Source: Eledone cirrhosa
Lineage: Eukaryota
Direction of reading: 5' to 3'
DNA length: 64,000 nt
Assembly (NCBI GenBank): GCA_964016885.1
Contig: OZ024747.1
Span: 13,640,001 to 13,704,000 of the forward strand
Shown here piece after piece: positions 57,932 to 64,000 of the stretch. The position numbers and the translations under genes are program-made. Within the stretch, counting starts at the first letter, position 1. Each line of letters opens with the position of its first letter. Below the pieces are notes generated by a model. It was not told the DNA's origin. It worked only from the letters and a program-made list of their open reading frames with translations, and did no database searches.

Positions 57932-58180
57932 ACATCATTACCACTACCACCACTACCACCACTACCATCATCACCATGAAAATCAGCATCACTATCACCA
58001 CCATCATATTCATATATGTATGTATGCATGTATGTATATCATCATTATACTCATCATCATTTGAAATATATATATTTTCCCTGCTAACAAGGCTTGGGTG
58101 GGTTGTCACAGATCAAGCCAGTACTAATTTGGCCAGTTAGTCGCCTCATATTCTACTCACATTGTAACCATAGTTTAGGA

Positions 58181-58225
<45 letters not shown>

Positions 58226-58513
58226 ACACACAAAAACAAGATGGTGTAGGACAGAACAAAGGAGGGACACACAAAATAAAAACCTAACCACTGAGGAGGT
58301 CACAGAATGTGTGACGAAAGAGCTTTGACAATATATAAACAACCTTCCGGTTATCAAACCAACCAACCAACCTGAAATTTATAATAAATTGAAGTGAAAA
58401 CCAACAAGTGCGTGTATTTTTATTGGCAACATGACCCTCCCAAAGTATAACAATATCTGATTCAACACATGTTTTCAGATATGAAATCTCGCAAAACAAA
58501 TTCAAAAACGAAT

Positions 58514-58588
<75 letters not shown>

Positions 58589-58663
58589 GTATATATATAT
58601 GTATATATATATATGTATATATATATGTATATATATATGTATATATATATGTATATATATATA

Positions 58664-60303
58664 CCCCTCTACTTAGCTTTTGTCGACTTGGAGAAAGCCT
58701 TCGACAGAGTCCCCCGCTCCATTATCTGGTGGGCTCTTAGAAAACTAGGCGTTGACGAATGGCTTGTGAGGGCTATACAAGCCATGTATAAAGAAACAGT
58801 CAGCAAGGTTAGAATTAACAACGAATATAGTGAAGAGTTTAGCGTAAAAGTTGGCGTCCATCAGGGCTCTGTTCTCAGCCCCCTACTATTTATTATTGCC
58901 CTTCAGGCTATAACAGAGGAGTTCAAGACAGGCTGCCCATGGGAACTCCTATACGCAGACGACCTGACACTCATAGCGGAATCAATGGCCGAGCTAGAGA
59001 AGAAATTCCAAACATGGAAGCACGGCCTAGAGTCAAAAGGACTTAAAATTAACCTGGCTAAGACCAAAGATCTAGTTTGTAGGAAAGAAAACAAGGCGGC
59101 GGTCCCTTCTGGGAAATGGTCGTGCTCGGTGTGTAGGAAAGGCGTAGGTAGAAACTCCATTTTATGTCCTAAATGCAAAGTATGGGTGCATAAAAGATGT
59201 AGTGGGATCACAGGTAAGCTAACTAAGAACATAGATTTTACATGTGGCCGGTGTTCTGGTGCAATAAGTAGCAGCAAGTGCCCACAAAATACTAGCTCTT
59301 TCAATTGCGCAGAGGGTTCTATAGAAATAGTGGACAGCTTCCGTTACCTGGGCAATAAAATCAGCAGTGGGGGAGGGTGCTCTGAAAGTACTGTAGCTAG
59401 AGTCAGAACTGGTTGGAAAAAGTTCAGAGAGCTTATACCACTATTAGCTGCTAAAGGGTTCTCCCTAAAAATGAAAGGCAGGTTGTACGATGCCTGCATA
59501 CGAACAGCAATGCTGCATGGCAGTGAGACCTGGGCATTGTGTGCAGAGGATATACGCAGACTAGAGAGGAACGAAGCTTGCATGCTCCGCTGGATGTGTA
59601 ACAGTAATATACGTGAACGGCAAAGCATAAACGAACTAAGGAAAAAATTAGAGATAAGAGGGATCAGATGTTGTTTACTCGAGAGAAGGCTACGTTGGTA
59701 TGGACACGTGATGCGCATGAAAGTCGATAGCTGTATAACAAAGTGCAGGGCAATAAAGATAGACGGTAGTCACGGAATAGGCAGACCTAGAAAAACCTGG
59801 GATGAGCTGATAAACTCCGACATCACACACTTACACCTCTCCAAGACAACGTCACTGGACCGAGACCTTTGGCGGTACTCAGTAACAGAGAAGACCCGCC
59901 TTACCTAAATATATAGTAAAACCTACTCCAGCCAGTAGGCATCTCTAACAAAATACACCCCGTCCCACCACCACCACCCCCACCCCATCCACACCACCCC
60001 GTTCTATGTAAAGTTATGTTGGTGCCGCGCCATCCAGGCCGAAACAAATGAGATCGTGTAGGTGTCACGACAAAAAAACACACAGTCCACGCTGTAATGT
60101 GGCCGTGTAGGCAACACGGTAAAAACCTCCCAGACCCACACTGTAAATGTGGTTGGTGTTAGGAAGGGCATTCAACTGTAGAAAACCTTCCAGACAGTCC
60201 TATGCGAGCAAGACAATCACTCTTGCCTCAAGTGGGACTACCCCCGTCCAAACCCATGCAAGCGTGGAACACGGACGTTAAACGTTGATGATGATGATGA
60301 TGA
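58664..60303 (+). mobile_element. RTE-clade LINE, 5'-truncated, open ORF to 59908, 3' UTR and (ATG)n tail
   Basis: [65 protein letters not shown]. No stops in about 415 codons; ends GGACGTTAAACGTTGATGATG. Confidence 0.93.
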
Positions 60304-60305
60304 TA

Positions 60306-60337
<32 letters not shown>

Positions 60338-60343
<6 letters not shown>

Positions 60344-60534
60344 AACAAAAGATGGTTAAAAGAGTTCCATGTATTTTATTATGCGCATTTCAAAAACAAA
60401 TATCATGCAATAATATTTGTGTTTTCATCAGATAAAACAGGAAGATTAAAAAACTCTTGTGGATAGTGCAGTTTTAAATCAACATATATCCGATATCTGC
60501 ATTGCTTTATTGTACTACAATAAAACTCACCTCC

Positions 60535-60539
<5 letters not shown>
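60338..60539. mobile_element. Short Naiad pLTR remnant with inverted tail
   Basis: 60338-60486 matches 20185-20348; 60487-60539 matches the tail 23525-23576 in the opposite orientation; flanked by (TA)n. Confidence 0.85.
60372..60438 (-). ncRNA. Minimal type-I hammerhead ribozyme, canonical core
   Basis: Reverse complement reads TTTTAT CTGATGA AAACACAAATATTAT-TGC-ATGATATTTGTTTTT GAAA TGCGCAT A ATAAAA. Confidence 0.78.
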
Positions 60540-60608
<69 letters not shown>

Positions 60609-61303
60609 CCTTTTCCTTTATGTCCGCTCTTCCATGCTTGCATGAGTTGGACAGGTTTATTCTTGCATAACCTCCTTCCACTGGCATTTCATCACCTAAT
60701 GTTCCTCAACCATATACATCAAATATACATGAAATGTCAAAACCTATGGAGTTTAGAGGTGTCATTGTGATTTTGGTGCATTTAAAACCTGGCCAACTTT
60801 ATCCTGCTCTAGAACTTTCAGATTCTGTAGTTAATTCTTACAGAGAAAAGGAGGAGAGAGATGGAGAGTGGGTGTGGGCGAGGGGCAAAGAGGTGAGAGA
60901 GAGAGAATTGGGTGGTGGTAGAAGAAGATCAAATCCAGTACTGGATTGGTATTTTATTAATCAACCCTATGCATTTTTTTTCTCCCTTTTTTCTTCTTTC
61001 CGTTTATTTTTTTTCCTGGAGCATTGGAAAGACGAAAGGAAACATAATTTCCTTGGTCCAATCTGACAATCAGTTCCTTTCCTCTTTTCCTTTCCATTGA
61101 TTTGTTTCTTTCCTAAATCCTAAACATCATATAATTCAATACACACCATTTGCTTGTTGATGAAAAATATTATCAAACTTTTGAATAGGAAAATGTTTAT
61201 TCCAATGGGGGAAAAAAAAGAAGAAAAAGGAGGAGGAAGGAAAAAATAAGAGGAAGGAAAAGATGGTGAAGATCTAGAAGAGGGTGAATAACAACAACAA
61301 TAA

Positions 61304-61337
<34 letters not shown>

Positions 61338-61577
61338 GTAATAGTAATAATTGCAGCAACAGTAGTAGTAGTAGTAGTAGTAACAACAACAGCAACAACA
61401 ACAACAACAGCAGCAACAATAATAATAAAAATAATAACAATAATAATAATAGTAATAGTAACAATAACAACATCAGCAGCAGTAGTAGCAGCAGCAGCAG
61501 AAGCAGTAGTAGCAGCAGCAGAAGCAGCAGTAGTAGTAGTAGTAGTTGTCGTAGTAGTAGTAGTAGTAGTAGTAGTC

Positions 61578-61619
<42 letters not shown>

Positions 61620-61779
61620 ATAGTAGTAGTAGTAGTAACAACAACAACAGCAATAATAATAATAATAACAACAACAAGCACACCAACAACCTGATTTGAG
61701 TATTTCAGTTGAAACCCTTTAGAAGCAAGCCAATAAATTAACCAACTGGAAATCACAAGGCTTGAATGGGATGTAAGGA

Positions 61780-62890
61780 TATTGGATTGAGAATATAATA
61801 TCTCTCCACCTGATACTGGTAGCCATGTTCAATGACTACTTGGTGTCGGGTGAAGTACTGCAGTGGTTGACAAAATGTATCACGGTTCTAATAATGAAAG
61901 AGCAAGCCAAGGGAAATAACGTTACCAATTATAGGCCTATCACATGTCTGTCCTTGATGTGGAAATTGCTAGAAAGCATGATGTCTGAGAAAATCTACCA
62001 CCACCTCAACATAAACAACTTATAGCCAGAGGAACAGAAAGGATGCCAAAAGATGTCCTGTGATACAAATGACCAGTTACTTATTGACAAGATGATAATA
62101 AGGAACTACAAGAGGAAGTACACCGTTCTTGTCATAGGATGGATAGATTACAAGAAGGCATTCAACATGGTTCCTCATTCTTAGATAACCAATTGTGTGC
62201 AAATCTTCTAGGTGGCAGACAGCAGACTGCTAATAAGAAATAGCATGAAGAACTGGGAGACAGAGTTTAAATCAGGGGAAGAATCCTTGGGAGTAGTGAA
62301 AATCAAGAGAGGTGTCTTCCAAGCTGATAGTCTGTCTCCTTTATTCTTTGTCCTTACCTTCATACTCTTGCCTCTCATATTGCAAAAAATGAAGGCTGGA
62401 TAGAAACTAGGAAGAGAAGAGCTTACCATTAACCACCTCCTCTTCAGAGTTTTAGGTCGGACTAAAACTCTTCAAGAAGAACAAGAAGGAGTTGGATATA
62501 CTTGTTAACACACTTTGTATTTTTAGCAATGACATTTGTATGGAATTTGGTATAAATAAGTGTGGAGTCCAAGTGATGAGGAGGGGAAAATTGAAGAGAA
62601 GTAATGGAATTGTAATACTAACAGGTGAGGTGATAAAGGAGATTGACACTGAAGAAGGATATAAGTATTTTGGAGTTTTAGAGGCAGATAGTATCAAGGA
62701 TAATAAAATGAAGGAGATGAAAAGATCTGAATATATAAGGAGAGTAAGAAAGATATTAAAATCACATCTAAATAAAAGGAATGCTATACATATTTTTAGG
62801 TAGAGTGTGAGAATTCTTAAATGGAATGTAAACAAGCAAAAAGAACTAGGTAGAAAAACAAGGAAATTAACGACTACTTACAGTATGCAA
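61780..62890 (+). mobile_element. R4/Dong-like non-LTR retrotransposon RT, decayed
   Basis: NYRPITCLSLMWKLL, EEQKGC..DQLLIDK, WIDYKKAFNMVPHS, IKRGVFQADSLSPLFF, INHLLF, MEFGINKC, YKYFGVLE; several stops. Confidence 0.85.
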
Positions 62891-63669
62891 GAAAAGGAAG
62901 AGAAAAATAATTTGAAGGGGAGGGGAAAGTCGATTAAATCGACCTCAGTGCATTACTGATACTTTATTTTATTGACCCCATAAGGATGAAAGGCAAAGCT
63001 AACCTCAGCGGGATTTGAACTCAGAACGTAAAGGGCCGTAACTCTATGCCACAATGCTTGGTGTCCGAGAAGAAGAAGGATAGTACTGTACACATACATA
63101 TCACCACACATAACTACACACACACAGAAACATATTCAGGCCCCACCACACCTGCAATAGACAACTAAACCTCATTCTGAAAATAGTAGCCTAAAATATG
63201 GTGTTTATATAAAATTACGTTGGAAAATTTAAATTCAAAGAGGAACCCTTTAAAAATGGTAGGTTTTGTTTCTAAGGACCAGAGCTGATTTTAACCAAGG
63301 TGGTATCATTAATCCAATAATTGGAACTATTTTAGTTATTTGCTTTGGGAAAGATATTGATACAGTAGTTCTTATATATCTCCAGATAATGTAAATAAGC
63401 GAAGTAAATTCTTCCCCTAAACTTCTAGATCATAATATTGTGGGAAGGGGAAGTTGTGACATTCAAGCATTTCTAAAGGGTGTTGTTACTGATGTAATAT
63501 TAAATTAGTATAGAACCTCTTGGTAGAAAATAAGAATTATGTCATAAATTTATTTAATAAACTCGAGGCAAGAGATATAAATAGAAGTGGGGTGGGGGAT
63601 AAAAACGGCAAGTGTTTGAAGGGATGGGAAAATCCTCAGCAAATTTCTAAAAATAGAAATAATCCTCTG

Positions 63670-63765
63670 CTCGAATGCCGGAAATCCCGCTGTGATGTCA
63701 TAAATCATATGACGTGTTTGTAATTGGACTTCCGGCAGCAGTTCAGTCCAGACAAGATGGAGTCC
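63670..63765 (+). promoter_or_regulatory. TATA-less housekeeping-type core promoter of STX6
   Basis: CpG-containing island in AT-rich DNA. ETS-like CCGGAA (63678) and ACTTCCGG (63728), CRE half-site TGACGT (63710), Inr-like TCAGTC (63743-63748), YY1-like CAAGATGG (63753), about 170 bp upstream of the STX6 ATG. Confidence 0.6.
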
Positions 63766-63915
63766 CGGCAGTTGCTGAGTGACACCGAATGCTTCATCAT
63801 TTAACTTGTAGATATATTTACTGTATACACAACTCCATATATTTATATATAAATACTTATCTGACGGACTACCTACTTCACTGTATATACATAAAACGGC
63901 TAATGCACATGAAAA

Positions 63916-63950
63916 ATGCCACTCGAAGACCCGTTCTTTGTCGTCAGAGA
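63916..63950 (+). CDS. STX6: Syntaxin-6 (STX6/STX10 family) first coding exon; gene continues beyond the window
   Basis: ATG CCA CTC GAA GAC CCG TTC TTT GTC GTC AGA GA|GTGAGT reads MPLEDPFFVVR(D/E), matching the conserved N-terminus of syntaxin-6/10 (human MSMEDPFFVVKG / MSLEDPFFVVRG). Consensus donor GTGAGT at 63951 after 35 coding nt (phase 2); start context AAAAATGC. Confidence 0.9.
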
Positions 63951-64000
63951 GTGAGTACATTTATTTATTACTTCTTTACTACTACTACCATTATTATTAG

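Noticed and set aside
58469-58663. N-terminal extension of the 479-aa RTE ORF
   Set aside because: Read-through of a (TA)n tract; real homology starts at [11 protein letters not shown].
63920-63950. Minus-strand CTGACGA with a short hairpin as a hammerhead
   Set aside because: No GAAA after the stem, and the sequence is explained by the STX6 coding exon.

Overview
AT-rich animal genomic DNA dominated by microsatellites, minisatellites and transposon debris. The SINE/LINE mix and (TA)n density suggest a coleoid cephalopod such as Octopus; this is inferred, not verified. Almost all long ORFs in the track are repeat artefacts. The only host gene I can identify is at the right edge: the promoter and 35-nt first coding exon of syntaxin-6 (MPLEDPFFVVR, 63916-63950). 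Mobile DNA includes a Naiad-type Penelope-like element (RT + GIY-YIG, inverted pseudo-LTRs), RTE LINEs with a PHD-type zinc finger inside the RT, R4/Dong-, CRE- and Tx1-like fragments, two tRNA-derived SINE families (over 25 copies), and piggyBac- and mariner-type MITEs. A 6.2-kb 28-bp satellite with higher-order structure appears to split an R4/Dong element. The most interesting pattern is a recurrent architecture inside (TA)n tracts: an inverted repeat with a tail on one arm only, often carrying a minimal hammerhead ribozyme. It occurs at five loci from at least three unrelated sequence families, from a 3.4-kb coding element down to ORF-less palindromes of about 190 bp. All calls are from reading the sequence; no searches were run.
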